Below, piece by piece: positions 1 to 13,917 of a stretch of DNA of 64,000 bases. How positions within the stretch are numbered: the stretch's first letter is position 1; each line of letters begins with the position of its first letter. A program made the translations under genes and the position numbers. The notes under the pieces were generated by a model, which was not told where the DNA came from, did no database searches, and worked only from the letters and a program-made list of their open reading frames with translations. Source of the DNA: Octopus sinensis. Taxonomy: Eukaryota. The stretch covers positions 18,166,001 to 18,230,000 of the forward strand of contig NC_043014.1 of assembly GCF_006345805.1 (NCBI RefSeq), given 5' to 3'.

Positions 1-1583
1 CTGTAGAATTTTTTGGCATTGGACGTGAACAGCTTATTTTGCTTGTAAAACTTGTTTCTCTTCTCAAATCCTCGTATTCTTTGGGCTTCTGCTTGGACTT
101 TTTGTTTCAGCGTTTCTTTTATTGATATCAGTTCTTCTCTTGGTGAGGATCCAAATTTTCTCTTCATCTTTCTTCTTGTTCTGGATCTTACATCATTTCC
201 ACATATTAGTTCATTTAATATTGATATTCCCACTCTCATAAATTCAATCTCTTTTTCAATTTTACTTCTCCAGGTTTGATTTCTTCCCAGGTTTGGTTTT
301 CTTTGTTTTTTTCGGGGGCGTACAGCTGGTTTTAATTGCCCTAGCAGAAGCGTAAATAATTTCATTTAATTCAGTAAAATCAGGTTTTAATTCTTGTATT
401 ATTTCATTTGTTACATAGTTGCCAATTTTGATTTCTTCTTTATTTTGGTTTGTATTTGAGAGTTTATGAAGTGGTTCTCTATCATTCATACTTGTATGTC
501 TTACAACTTCAAGCGTATTCAGGATTTTCTGCCTCATTTCTGCCATAGACTCTCTGTGTTCTTCAGCAAATGCGAGATTTTCAGTTACTGTTGTTTTATA
601 ATTTTCCTGGCTATCTTTAACAGGTTCAATAGAATTTCTTGTATCTTCAGGCCTTTGCGTACTTTGGTCAGATGGCAGTCTTTCAATTAAGCCTCGTTGC
701 GGGCTATACTGTTCATCTGATTCTTCATTTCCTTTGTGTCTTATATTTATGTCACTTTCCGTTGCATGCTTGATCGCGCTTATTTCACTGTCTGTGAGTC
801 TGTTATTTCTAAGGATATCCCTCCTTACATTTGCCAATTTGTTCTCGTCCAAATAGGGCCTACTGTCTTGATTCCGTGTTCTCCACTTACTGTAAGAGTT
901 TGCGGTGTGTCTCTCTTGAGATGGCCTACCTAATGCATAGTAATAAGCGTATATTACTTCTTTATACTCTTCTCGGGTCCATTTGTTCCGCTTACATTTT
1001 TCTTTCTGTGGTGGTTGTGGTGGTGAACTTGGAGGGCTCGAGTTGGGGGATTTCCCGTTCAAGTGACCATCCATGTCCGTATTCGGAGAAGAATTTGTGC
1101 CAGTTGATGACTTTTCGATCCCAGGCTGGCTCTTCCCTGGGGGACGCGCTTCCAGATTAACCATAGGACAAGCGATTTGGTATACTGATTTAGTTTTCCT
1201 TTTAGTTTCCAAAAACATTTTGGTGCTACGATAATGTTATCATTTTTGAGCTTTGATTGGCTCGTGGGGAGACGGCCATCATTGCCGTTACAATTATAAT
1301 CGTACTATTATAGCAGCCGTAGTCGGCTTATTATTGTTATTATCCTCACCATTATTATCACTATTATCATTATTACCACTATTACTATCATCATTATCAT
1401 CATCACCATCACCATCACCATCACCATCATCATCATCATCAATGTCTGTTTCGTTGGCTGGCTGGGTGGTTGGCTGGCTGGCTGTCTTCAACTTCAGAAT
1501 TCTTGCCTGTCAAATAATACTTTCATATTTGGTTAACATCTAAAGAGCCGAGGTGAGGTTTGTGTTGGCTGAACTCTAAATTA
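1..1583 (-). mobile_element. R4/Dong-clade non-LTR retrotransposon, 5' portion (runs off the window start)
   Basis: ORF 1218->262 has a Myb-like KRNKWTREEYKEVIYAYY...LANVRRDILRNNRL N-terminus. After a frameshift near 270-290 it reads WRSKIEKEI...LKQKVQAEAQRIRGFEKRNKFYKQNKLFTSNAKKFY, typical of R4/Dong upstream of the RT. The 5' side abuts a (TAA)n tract at ~1585-1638; the exact 5' boundary is uncertain. Confidence 0.8.
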
Positions 1584-1584
1584 A

Positions 1585-1638
<54 letters not shown>

Positions 1639-2054
1639 CATCATCATCATCACCCATAGAGACTGGTGGATTGGAAGACTTATTAGAACATTGGCTAAAT
1701 GCATTGCATATTTTGTTCTGGATTTTTACATTCTGACTTCAAAACATACTGGGAACAACTTTGCCTTTTATCCTTCTAGCAACAGAAACCATAGTCAAGT
1801 ACTGGAGATAAATATCAATGGAATGTCTCCACCAACTTTCTGACATTTCCCTATGTTAGAGACAAATATTATAATCACTTAAACACTCACCCACCGCAAA
1901 GGAAACTAATAGATGGTAGAATTGAGTGGAGCTAAATTACTTTTTAGTATTTAGTTTCCTCTCTTTATATCCTGAGTTCAAACTTCGCCAGCATCGGTTT
2001 TATGAATGTACCTTCTCGTTACTTTCTGAATTGATAGTTTAAAGAACTACTCAT

Positions 2055-3126
2055 ATGGAAAATAAATCGACTAAATCCAAGAATGAAACACATTTTTTAG
2101 TATCACTTCGAGATTTTAAAATACCCAATCCTCAAGTCATCAGTAGGTTGTATGCAGGGACTTTAAGATGATCAATTTTCTCTTGGGGCAACAAAGTAGA
2201 TACACCAAATATCCATACTTTATTGGGTGATGAAAGAATGACTGCAGCGAACATTAGTTTTAGAGTATTTTAATGTGGTTGAACAGCCTTTAGTTTAACT
2301 AGAAAAAAAAACGTCTCCACTCCATATCAAACTTGGCATTATGAAGCAGCTTATCTAAAGGTGGGCCATGCTTTCACTACATCTGCAGTGGAAAAATAAA
2401 AGATTGTGTATTTGATGGGCTTCAGATGAGAAAATTGATGCAAGATAGGAACTTTGTAAATTCAATGAATTGCACTTAATTAGCTGCATGGAATTAACTT
2501 GTAATAGATATAAAATGAATTTCTGGGCAGCAAGAAAGCAGCCAGCTATGCCGAAATAGTCGATAACATGCTGGAGAATTTTCAGAAGTTGAGAAAAAAT
2601 ATGAGCATAAAGCTGTACTATCTCCAGAGTCACCTTCATAAATCAATTGAAAAACTTGGCGACACAAGTGACGAGCAGGGAGAAAGTTTCCTCCAGGAGG
2701 TAAAAATCAATGAAACAAACGTATCAAGACAACTGGGACTTACATATGATGGCGGACTATTGTTGGAACTTGTCTCGTAATCTTGCTGAGGTTCAACGTA
2801 AAGGAAAAATCATCCAAACGCAAATTCATGGGATATTAGGCATAAACAATGATGTAATTTGTCTGTTGGAATTTTTGATTTTTATTAGTTTTCGAAAAAC
2901 ATTTTGGTTTTGAAAAAAAAAACAATTTCTATGTATGTTTGTATGTCTTTTCCTTGATAAGCTGTTTTATTGAAAAGTACAATGAAATTGTATGAATGCA
3001 GTATATAAAAATATTTACAAGATGGTAATAAATAGCTGTCATTTTTGGATTCTATGTGTCAAATATACCTTAATCCAGGTCCAAAGTTTTGATAATAGAG
3101 AAAAGAAGTAATTTTATTGGCCTGTA
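2055..3126 (+). mobile_element. Internally deleted, degenerate Chapaev-3-like DNA transposon
   Basis: Broken frames give DFKMINFLLGQQSRYTKYP, PLHIKLGIMKQ, MSIKLYYLQSHL..LGDTSDEQGE and YQDNWDLHMMADYCWNL. TIR-like remnants lie at both ends (aatccaagaatga / tcatttttggatt). Confidence 0.75.
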
Positions 3127-3140
3127 TTACTATTACTGAT

Positions 3141-3300
3141 AAGGCGGCAATCTGACAGAATTATTAGAGCATCGGGATAAAAATATTTTGTGGAATTTGT
3201 TTCGACTCTTTGCGTATTAAGTGAGGATGGGGCTGATGTAATCGGCCATTCATTCTCCTAAAATTGCTAGCCTCGAGCCAAAATTTGAAACCGTTAATTG
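3141..3300 (+). mobile_element. Degenerate SINE (aaggcggcgagctggcagaa-headed family)
   Basis: Similar to the better-preserved copy at 39334. Confidence 0.55.
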
Positions 3301-6300
3301 TTAATATTTTTTCGTCTTTCTCACGGTGGACAATTAGATTTACAGTGCCTTACTCTATTAGTTCGAATAACTCCAATGTGAACTGTATCTTACATCTTTC
3401 CAGAGATCAGAACAAATTGTACATGTATATACTGATGATCGATAAAAACCAACAAAATCCCACCTTAATAAAATTTGAGGTCTTCTAAGTTGCCTTCTAA
3501 GTTAAAAACCAGTAGACTTATTTTCGTTTGGCTCCTGTGAGGTTAGTAGGTAGCAGAAATGGTAGACTGAAGGACGAAATATGCAGCTATTGTTAACATT
3601 TGTTTCGTAGCACCCTTCGTTTATGCCTTGTGTAAGCTTCATCTTTCATCCATCTTGAATCATTACAATAAATATGAGTAAATGTAATCGATAATTCCCC
3701 AAATAAGTCATTCGATTTCCCCTCAATCTTTTAACCATGAACTAATAAGAAAGCCTGAGGGTGGTTACACAAACTGCCAGAAGAACAGCCAACATTTTGC
3801 TCAAACCAAAAGACGTGATGGTCACAAGTACGCAGATATTTCATTACAAGATTCTGTTAGCAGATCATTCAACTCTTATCCATTACTGGAAAAAATAACG
3901 TCGCCAATATCTGAGAGAGAGAAGAACGCTTCCAGTACTTGAATGATACATTATTTATCCAAGCTGAAATGAAAAAAGACAAAATTGACCTCGTGGGAGG
4001 GGGGCTTGATTTCTGAATGAAGAGAGCCAGCACAAATACTACAAAGCATTATGTCCGACGTTCTAACAACTCTACTAATTCTTTGCCATCATTAATACAT
4101 GAAAAGGCCGCATTCTACACCATGCCATTCCTCTACCGCTATTGCATGATATCTTGGCAGACGATAAAAAAAATAGAAGAAAGAATCACAAAATGTTTAA
4201 AATAATTGATACAAATTGAATAAATACAACATGAGGTTTGGCTCTTTGAAAAGTTTCTTGAAATAGAAAAATCTGGAATCAGACATTCAGAACATTAAAT
4301 GGTAAATTGTACAACTTTATTTGATCTTCGTTTTTTTTTATATATAAAAAAAATCTTAATGATGTATATGGGTATTCGTGTGCACATATGTGTCTATAAA
4401 TTATACGAGTTTAAGCGTATGCCAGTGTGCATGCATACGTTTACGAGTGCGTGTACATACAGACACACGCTCGCGCGCGCGTGCGACACAGTGTATATTT
4501 GCGTGCATCTTTGTATGTGTTGGATAGATTTCGCGGCAGGCTTCAATATGAAACAAAATGAAATTTTCGACGAAAATTGAGAAAGATATGAAAAAGAAAA
4601 AAAAATTCATTAATTTTTTAAATTTGAAAATCTTTCAATTAGAAAAAAGAAATTAGGGAATAATACTAATACTACTACAAATAATAATAGTAAACCTAAA
4701 AGAAATGTTATTTTATGTTTTGTTCTTTTTCCACTTCCTTTCGTTTTTCGTTAATCAAGGAAACGTAATAGCGAGGTTTAACACCATCTTGTGGCTTTCG
4801 ACTGCCATTACAGGAGCCCACTATATTGGAAATATTATGAGCCAGGTCTCCAGTCAATGGATGCTACATGCATTAAGATCTCTTCCGCCTATTACTCCCA
4901 TCCCTCTAGATTCGGATGCCCTGTTATAAGATAATTGGTATTTCTCTATCACCCTTCTCGCTTCTGTCTTATGGGTAGAAACTTGTAACAGTTGAAAGGA
5001 AAGTTAGGACCATGAACCTTACTAGTCATGGACGGTTTGTGAAATACAACGACGTTGCCACTTCCTACAGACACAGAAGGTAAAAAGAGAAAAAATAAAC
5101 TGAAATATTAAATCAAAGAAAAATGATTTTGTGAATAAATGACAGAAAAATCAGAGAAGCTTTCAGAGCATTTCAAATAAAGAAAAGTTGGTTTCTGTTT
5201 TTCAAACTACGACAAAACATGACACTTTGCAATTTCGAATAAATCTTTAAAGAAAAATAACGAAAGAAAATACTATAAAAGTGACAAACAAAATGCAGAA
5301 ACAATAGTGGGGATGTGATGGAAGGAATAGGCCATTATGGAGAGAGAAGAAACGAAACATTTGAAGAGCATGGAAATACAAGAGCAAAACGTATGTATGC
5401 ACGTCTGTCTCTGTTTCTCTTTCATTATATATATATACATATATATATGTTTGTTTTGTGTGTGTGTGTATATACACACACATAGACGCTCATATGAATA
5501 TATATCTGTATGCCTATATACGCACACAGGCGTGTATATAGGTGTGTATGTATATGGTTTGTTTGTGTGTGTACAGAGTATCAATAAAATAATGGAAGAA
5601 GAGGAAAAGATCAGTAGAACGTAAAACAAGGAGAAACTTAAATTGGTTAACAAGACCGCTTGCTGCTGTCTAGACAACAAGTACAACAACAACAACAACA
5701 AGGAAAGAAAAAGAAAATACCTCGACAATATCCCACATAAAGAGAAAAGAGTTTTGCAAAGCAAAAACAAAAAGAAATATCAAATCAACAAAACATCGGG
5801 AAAATAAAATAAGGTAAAATGAAAAAAACAAAACAGCAAATAATACAAACCAAGACCGTTAGTATTGCTGAAGTAATAAAAAGTGTAAGCGTGTAGGTGG
5901 AAGGCAAAAAATAAAGAAAAAAAGCGGTTGGGATGGGAGGGTGGTGCTGCATATATTTGAAAGAAAGGAAGTTTATAATTCCTTATCACCCAACATACAG
6001 AAGGAAAGCAGCTGGGATGTCACAGCAAAAGGATAAGGTCAAACGAGGGGAAAAGAGTTTCACTTCTTTTTGTTATATATATAATTTTATTTCCTATACG
6101 ACGTAGTTGCTGGACTCACAATTGCTTTTATATGTTTTATTTCATATATTTTATTTCATTTGTTTTTATTACTGATCAGTGAAGGTTTATGTGTTCGAAA
6201 TGTTGTTAACTTTGAAGCTTTGTAATTGCTTTCTGTTGTTTTAATTTTAAATTTTTTTTACTTTGGTTTTTACGTTATTTTGCATATTTTATATTAGTTT

Positions 6301-6615
6301 TGTTGGTGGTGGGAGTGAGAGAATTTTGAGGTTTGTTTTCTGGCTTTGATTTTTTAAAGATATTTTAAGATAGCATTTTACGATTTGTACGTACATATTG
6401 CGTATTACCACTTTCCTCGTTTGTGTCTGTATGTTTGCCACTGGCTTTCTTTGTATAAACACGCTCACACACAAACGTGTGTATGTATGTATGTATGTAT
6501 GTATGTATGTATGTATGTATGTATGTATGTATGTATGTATGTAGGGAGAATTCACAATATATACATACGCACATATGAGCGCGTGCACGTGTGAATATGT
6601 GTGTATATTTATACG

Positions 6616-6895
6616 CTTTTAATTGTTTCAGTCATTTGACTGTGGCCATGCTGGAGCACCGCCTTTAGTCGAGCAAATCGCCCCTAGAACTTATTCTTTG
6701 TCAACCTAGTACGTATTCTATTGGTCTCTTTTGCCGAACCACTAAGTTACTGAGACGTAAACACACCACCATCGGTTGTCAAGCGATGGTGGGGTGACAA
6801 ACACTGACACACAACATACAAACACACACACACACTGACACACAAACATACACACACAGACACACACACACACCACACACACACACATATATATA

Positions 6896-6952
<57 letters not shown>

Positions 6953-7112
6953 TATACGACGGGCTTCTTTCAGTTTCCCTCTACCAAATCCACTCACAAG
7001 GCTTTGGTCGGCCCGAGGCTATAGTAGAAAACACTTGCCCAAGGTGCCACGCAGCGGAACTGAACCCGGGACCATGAGGTTCGTAAGCAAGCTACTTACC
7101 ACACAGCCACTC
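6616..7112 (-). mobile_element. tRNA-derived SINE with CORE-like segment and internal (CA)/(TA) microsatellite (family A)
   Basis: Minus-strand head gtggctgtgtggtaag...gggttcagttcc (A/B boxes), ccttgggcaagtg core, conserved 3' part. More than 10 related copies occur in the window. Confidence 0.85.
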
Positions 7113-7124
7113 TTATATATCACA

Positions 7125-7940
7125 TCTCTTATGATAAAAAGCAGATTTTCTCTGCCTGTTCCCATGTTTCTTTTTAATACAATTCTACAATATAGAATTT
7201 CTTCAATTGGAATTTACCTATGATTTTTCCAAGTAGATTCGATTGGGTCATGGCATGTAAAGTTTTTTCAATTTGACCCCCAATTAAGCAAAAATTCGAG
7301 AAAACTCAATATTTTACGATTTGCCTCTCTCATTTCAAGTGGTTTACTCCTGCTTTTACCACCACACTTTCTCCTACTTTCTCTTTGCAAGTGTGAAAAT
7401 ATTAAAGTGAAAGTATTATATAACAGGGATGAGCCATTAATAGTGGTCATCCTTTTTGCTAGAGGAAGATCCGCTATGGTCTTATATGCTACACCACTGG
7501 TTTTCAATTCATATTAATCAAATTAATATTCAATTTTTCACCCTTATTATGTGTGTGTGTGTGTGTATTGGCAATTCGTATAAAATTGTATCAATGATTT
7601 CAACTTGAATAAGTGGTTTCACATAAATGGGGATAAATTAAAAAGGTTTGTTGTTATTATTATTACTGTTTGACTATTGTAATCACGTTTGTTGGTTCCT
7701 CGTCAGGGAAACGTTGTTGTGTTGCATTTGTTAAATAATTGTAGACCGTAATTGGTTATTGTTTAAAAATTGAATTGTGTCCCTGTTTGGGGAAATTGAC
7801 AATATTTTCACCGTTTTTACGGAAGCATTTTTGTTAAAATGCCTTCGATAGAAGAAAGTCCAAAAATGAATTTCGCTGCAGCCGTACACTTCTATACAAG
7901 AGGGAGGACAAGATCCAATTGGTCGAAATTGCAAGAGACG
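7125..7940 (+). mobile_element. Helitron 5' end and leader
   Basis: A|TC start (atctcttatgataaaaagcagattttctctgcc) matches a second copy at 40338. It may be the 5' end of the helicase-bearing element downstream. Confidence 0.55.
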
Positions 7941-8394
7941 TGCCTACAATTCCAGTCTGTTATATATTTTGAGTATTGTTATCACTAGCGATATCAAGAT
8001 ATAACTTTGTATTTTGTATTTTATGTGTAGATGTATATATATAGATGTACATGTAATATGTACACATATATATATACACATATATACATGCATAATATAT
8101 CTACCCATACACACATACGCACACACACACATAGGGGTAGGTGTGGCTGTGTGGTAACAAACTACGTTCCAAACACATGGTGGTGACTTGGCATGTGTCT
8201 TCTGCTGTAGCTTCAGACCAACAAAAGCCTTCTCAGTGGATTTTGTACATATATACAGGCATACATACACATATATATATATATGTACATGCATACGTAC
8301 ATATTCGGCATAAACACTCTACCACTACAACTAATAACTGTTGGGAACACCTTCAAACCTGCCTTACATTCGAACCGGAATCTCAAAAACATTG

Positions 8395-9934
8395 TCCACT
8401 TCAGCACCAAGCTCAACTGCTCAATCCTGACGTGGAGGGTATCAGCAATGAAATCTATAACAAAACACTTATTGAAGACAGAATTGCTAAACTGGGTGGA
8501 AATGAATTGTCGACGTATGGCCTGCCACAAGCACTCAGGTCAGGGTCAAATAGCCTTCCCACTGCTGTCATTCGTGAAACAACCTACGACACTCAAGCGC
8601 TTTCAAAGTACATTGTTGAAAATGAGCCTAAATTACTTCCGGACCAGCTGCAGGCGTACAGAACTATTCTTAACAGTGTACGCCAACGCGAGGGACGAAT
8701 CTTTTTCCTCGATGCTCCTGGAGGGACAGGAAAAACATTTATTACAAAGCTTCTCCTTGCAGAAGTTAGGTAGCATCAGGACATTGCAGTAGCTGTAGCC
8801 TCCTCTGGTATTGCAGCTACTTTGTTACCTGGTGGCAGGACAGCACACTCAACTTTTTAACTCCCTCTCAATTTAGCAGCATCCGAAATGCCTTCATGCA
8901 ACATCAACAAAAGCTCAGATCAGGAACAAGTACTTAAAATGTGTTATGTAATTGTCTGGGATGAGTGCACTATGGATTACAAGAGAGCTTTGGAAGCATT
9001 AGATAGAGAGCCCTGAAAGACATCCGAGACTGTCAGGCTCCAATGGGAGGTGTAACGCTTCTGTTGTCAGGTGATTTCAGGCAAACTCTTCCTGTCATTC
9101 CGAAAGGCACTAGAGCTGATGAAGTTTAAGCATACCTAAAGTCCTCTACCCAGTGGCATCATGGTACAATCTTTAGTCTCACCACTAACATGAGAGCTCA
9201 GCTACACGGCGACAAAATGTCCACAAAGTTTGCACAGGACATTTTGACACTTGGTGAAGGCAAGATGCCTCTCGATGCTACAGAACAAATGGAAGTGTGG
9301 TCATTTTCCTCTGTTGTTAATTCTGTAGATGACCTCAAAAACAAAGTTTTTCCCAACTTCACACAAAACTACCAAAATCACAATTGGTTGTGTGAAAGAG
9401 CAATATTAGCTCCAAAAAACGTCGTTAACAAAATTAATCAACAGCTAATGCATTCTCTTCCCCTGCACTATACACACTTACAAGTCTGTTGATACAATTC
9501 CAGATATAAATGAAGTTGTGAACTATCCTCCTGAATTTCTCAATTCACTGGAGCTCTCCTCGACTACCTCCACACATATTACCACTTAAAGTTGGAACTC
9601 CTGTAACGCTACTCCGCAATCTGGAACCACCAAGACTTTGCAATGGAACACGACTGGTGATAAAAAAATGATATTACACGTTATCGAGGCGATCATTCTT
9701 TCTGGATGTGGAAAAGGTGATGACGTCTTTATTCCAAGATTTCCTCTTACTCCATCAGGAGCAGAAATTCCATTTACATTCAGAAGACTGCAATTCCCCT
9801 TTCGTGTCAGCTTTGCTATGTCCATTAACAAATCTCAGGGTCAAACCCTCTCTGTAGCTGGTCTTCTCGCATAGGCAACTGTATATGCTCCACAAGGAAA
9901 AATAAGGAACATTGTTTACAACGAGGTGTTATAA
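8395..9934 (+). pseudogene. Helitron RepHel PIF1-type helicase domain, disrupted
   Basis: FFLDAPGGTGKTF (Walker A), [65 protein letters not shown]. Multiple stops and frameshifts. Confidence 0.93.
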
Positions 9935-10024
9935 TCTCAACAGCCAGGAGGTATATACATGATCCCTTTTAACAAACTTCATGTACTTTCATGTATTTAT
10001 ATTAATATACATATATTTGTGTGT

Positions 10025-10060
<36 letters not shown>

Positions 10061-10099
10061 CCATATATATAACAGAAAAGTCTAATTCTTCTATTGAAT

Positions 10100-10130
10100 G
10101 TAACCTTGCAACGTCGGGTATCTCTGCTAG
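10100..10130 (+). mobile_element. Helitron 3' terminus
   Basis: Subterminal imperfect hairpin (accttgcaacgtcgggt) followed by CTAG|T. The same motif ends the elements at 27030 and 42433. Confidence 0.85.
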
Positions 10131-10741
10131 TATATATATATATATATGTGATATACATGCATATATTTAATCGAAACACCCATACACCTATATGTATTTA
10201 TATCTACACGCACATACACTCACACATACACCCATACTCATAGCCGTGCGCAAGCACCCGCTTATACACCTAAGCATAAGTTGCAGAAAATAATAGAATC
10301 AATATATTTAAAATCACATCAAACTACAATAGGATATTGATATCCAATAAAACATATTCTGCTTTAAAACATTAGTCGTTGAAGCCTAAATCTACACATC
10401 TATTGAGCGAAGTGAATTCCTCATAAAACGTGTTTTGAGTTGGACTCGCAACTAAACTGTATAAGCTGTGCGGTCGATTACACACACACGGCATTATATC
10501 CACCCATCCATCTTTACCACCTGCTATTGCTGGAATGGTAGAGTCCTCATGTACCTCCTCAATAGCAAACGCCATTGCTATCAGAAGCAAACGCCATTGC
10601 ACTTTCCAGCTGGATTCCCAAGTGCAACCAACGGAGACTATTGATATTTTCCTGCCATCTACTTCCTAATGTTACTTATTTCAGTAAAAAACAAACAGAA
10701 GAATATTTCGTCGAATGAATCTCCCACCCCCCACCCCAGTG

Positions 10742-11165
<424 letters not shown>

Positions 11166-11253
11166 TTAGGCATACAGTCACACCTGCCCTTCCTGCAGGT
11201 TAGTTCGCTTTGAGCAACCTGTTTTGTGATTCCTTACTTCTATATTCCTAATC

Positions 11254-11637
11254 GGAGGCGCAATGGCCAAGTGGTTAGGGCAGCGGACTCGCGGTCGTAG
11301 GATCGCGGTTTCGATTCCCAGACCGGGCGTTGTGAGTGTTTATTGAGCGAAAACACCTATAGCTCCACGAGGCTGCGGCAGGGATGGTGGTGATCCCTGC
11401 TGTACTCTTTCACCACAACTTTCTCTCACTCTTACTTCCTGTTTCTGTTGTACCTGTATTTCAAAGGGCCGGCCTTGTCACTCTCTGTGTCACGCTGAAT
11501 ATCCCCGAGAACTACGTTAAGGGTACACGTGTCTGTGGAGTGCTCAGCCACTTACACGTTAATTTCACGAGCAGGCTCTTCCGTTGATCGGATCAACCGG
11601 AACCCTCGTCGTCGTAACCGACGGAGTGCTTCCATCC
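11254..11637 (+). mobile_element. Full-length tRNA-derived SINE (family B) with 10-bp target-site duplication
   Basis: A box tggccaagtggttagg and B box ggtttcgattccc. TSD attcctaatc at 11244-11253 and 11638-11647. Confidence 0.92.
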
Positions 11638-12639
11638 ATTCCTAATCACTTGTCTGTAGTATCGAATATGTGACCTCCCAATGCGGGGAAATAGCCGTTC
11701 GACCTGAAGTGGTTCTCTCATCTCCGAGCTGCACAAGCTGTAGAGGTATGTTACTCCAGAGATCCTTTGGATATCATACTACAACCTAATTAGATATTCG
11801 AAATACAATTATTTAATATCAGCCATGAATAGTTATATGTGAATTCTTTATTCAGTTAATAACCATGGCAATTGTAACAATTTGCGCATTTGTTTGTTGC
11901 TGGTTAATTGTATTTTCCTTAACAATGATACTGACCATGAATGTTATAAAATAAAAATCTGTTTTGTGACAATCAGAAATATTGATTCACGATTTATTAA
12001 AATTTAATTGCAATAATGTTGTTTTAAATGAAATACTTGTTCAAACAATGCTTATTATTGGTTTCATAAATATTTATTTTCGATCTTGCATAATCATTTT
12101 AGGCCAATTCTCTAATGCAACGTTCGGTGCTTGACTGCATCTTCCTCAATCAGCCAACCACAAACAATTAACCAATGAAAAACATCCTATCAAATAACTC
12201 AAGAAATGGTCAACATACCAAATATCTAATGAAAATCTAACAAAGAAAGAATCCACCAACTAAAAGAGGCAACAAAACCCCAAAAATACCAAATAGTCGT
12301 CCAACTAACCGCCTAAAATAACTAAGCAACCAACCAACAAACTAACCAATCAATCAACTAATTAGCCAACTAGCCAACCTATTAAACGACAAATTGAACA
12401 AATAATCAACCAGTTGCCAGCCAGCCAGAGAGCCAGCCAGCCAACCAGCCAGCCAGCCAGCCAACCAGCCGACCATCCGTCCGTCCGTCTATTCTTCCAT
12501 CTGTTTAAAGATTAAGCAATTAGCCATTAACTCATTCATCCAGCCGATCACCCAACCAGCAAGATGTTTGTATGTGTGGGGAGTCTATAATTGTTTTCAG
12601 AAAATATAATGTTATTGAAGGATTCATGTGAATGTTACC

Positions 12640-12880
12640 CCATCGGTTACGACGACGCAGGTTCCAGTTGATCTATCAACGAAACAGCCTGCTGGTGAAC
12701 TTAACGTGCAAGTGGCTGAGCACCCCGCAGACACGTGTGCCCTTCACGTAATTCTCATGGAGATTCAGCATCACACAGAGTGTGACACGGCTGGCTCCTT
12801 GAAATACAGATACTATTCAATTTTGCCAGCTGAGTGGACTGAAGCATCGTGAAATAAAAGTATCTTGCTCAAGGACACAA
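12640..12880 (-). mobile_element. SINE fragment sharing the 3' tail of family B
   Basis: Reverse complement of gttgatcggatcaaccggaaccctcgtcgtcgtaaccga, with a ccttgagcaaga core. Confidence 0.7.
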
Positions 12881-12984
12881 AGGGGTCGACTTACTAGAAA
12901 TAACAATCAAATCCCCCTTAAATATCACCAACTGACTGTCTTAAAAAGTAGGTTACATTACAGAATGTTGCCTTAGATTTACTA

Positions 12985-13346
12985 TATTCTTTTACTCTTT
13001 TACTTGTCTCAGTCATTTGACTGTGGCCATACTGGAGCACCGCCTTTTAGTCGAGCAAATCGACCCCAGGACTATGCTTTGTAAACCTAGTACTTATTCT
13101 ATCGGTCTTTTTGAATAAATCTTTCTTTACGATTATCTTTCATTTCAGTCATTGGACTGCCGCCATACTGGAGCGTTTTCGTGAAACAAATTGATCCCCA
13201 AAGTTAAATTTTCTCTTTTAAAAGTTTGATATTTCTATCGTTCACTTTGGCGGCACCACTAGATTACAGGGATATAAACCAACCAACACAGGTTGTGAAC
13301 CGGTGGTGACAAGAGGTGACAAAAGAAAGAGATACGAGCACACATA

Positions 13347-13425
<79 letters not shown>

Positions 13426-13736
13426 TTTTACTTGTTTCAGACCCTTTGTAAGCCTAGAACTTATTCTATCGAAATCTTCTGCCGAACCGCTGATTTACGG
13501 GGATGCAAACATATCAACATCGGTTGCCAAGCGATGGTGGTGGGGTGAACAGATACATAAACATACATATATATACGACGGGTTTCTTTCTGTTTCCTTC
13601 TATCAAATCTACTCACAAGGCTTTGGTTAGCCCGAGGCTACACTACAAGACACTTGCTCAAGGTGCCACGCAATGGGACTGAGCCCGGAACCATGTGGAT
13701 AGAAAGCAAGCTTCTTATCACAGCTACGCCTGCATC
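12985..13736 (-). mobile_element. Cluster of SINE family A copies and fragments
   Basis: 3' segments start at ~12985, ~13135 and ~13425; the head ends at ~13736. Confidence 0.75.
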
Positions 13737-13790
13737 TATCTATCTATCTATCTATCTATCTATATCTATCTATCTATCTATCTATCTATA

Positions 13791-13917
<127 letters not shown>

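Noticed and set aside
1490-1585. HDV-like ribozyme at the 5' end of the R4/Dong element
   Set aside because: Only a 2-bp P3 and partial P1 could be built; no convincing nested pseudoknot.
6165-6210. ctgatca...ttcgaaatg hammerhead-like string
   Set aside because: C3/C8 mismatch and no consistent stems.
7680-7710. CTGACGA on the minus strand
   Set aside because: No stem II or GAAA in register.
10372-10602. 76-aa ORF with signal-peptide-like start
   Set aside because: GTG start, internal 15-bp duplication and no recognisable motif.
11254-11330. tRNA gene
   Set aside because: tRNA-like head of a SINE with TSDs; no acceptor stem closure.
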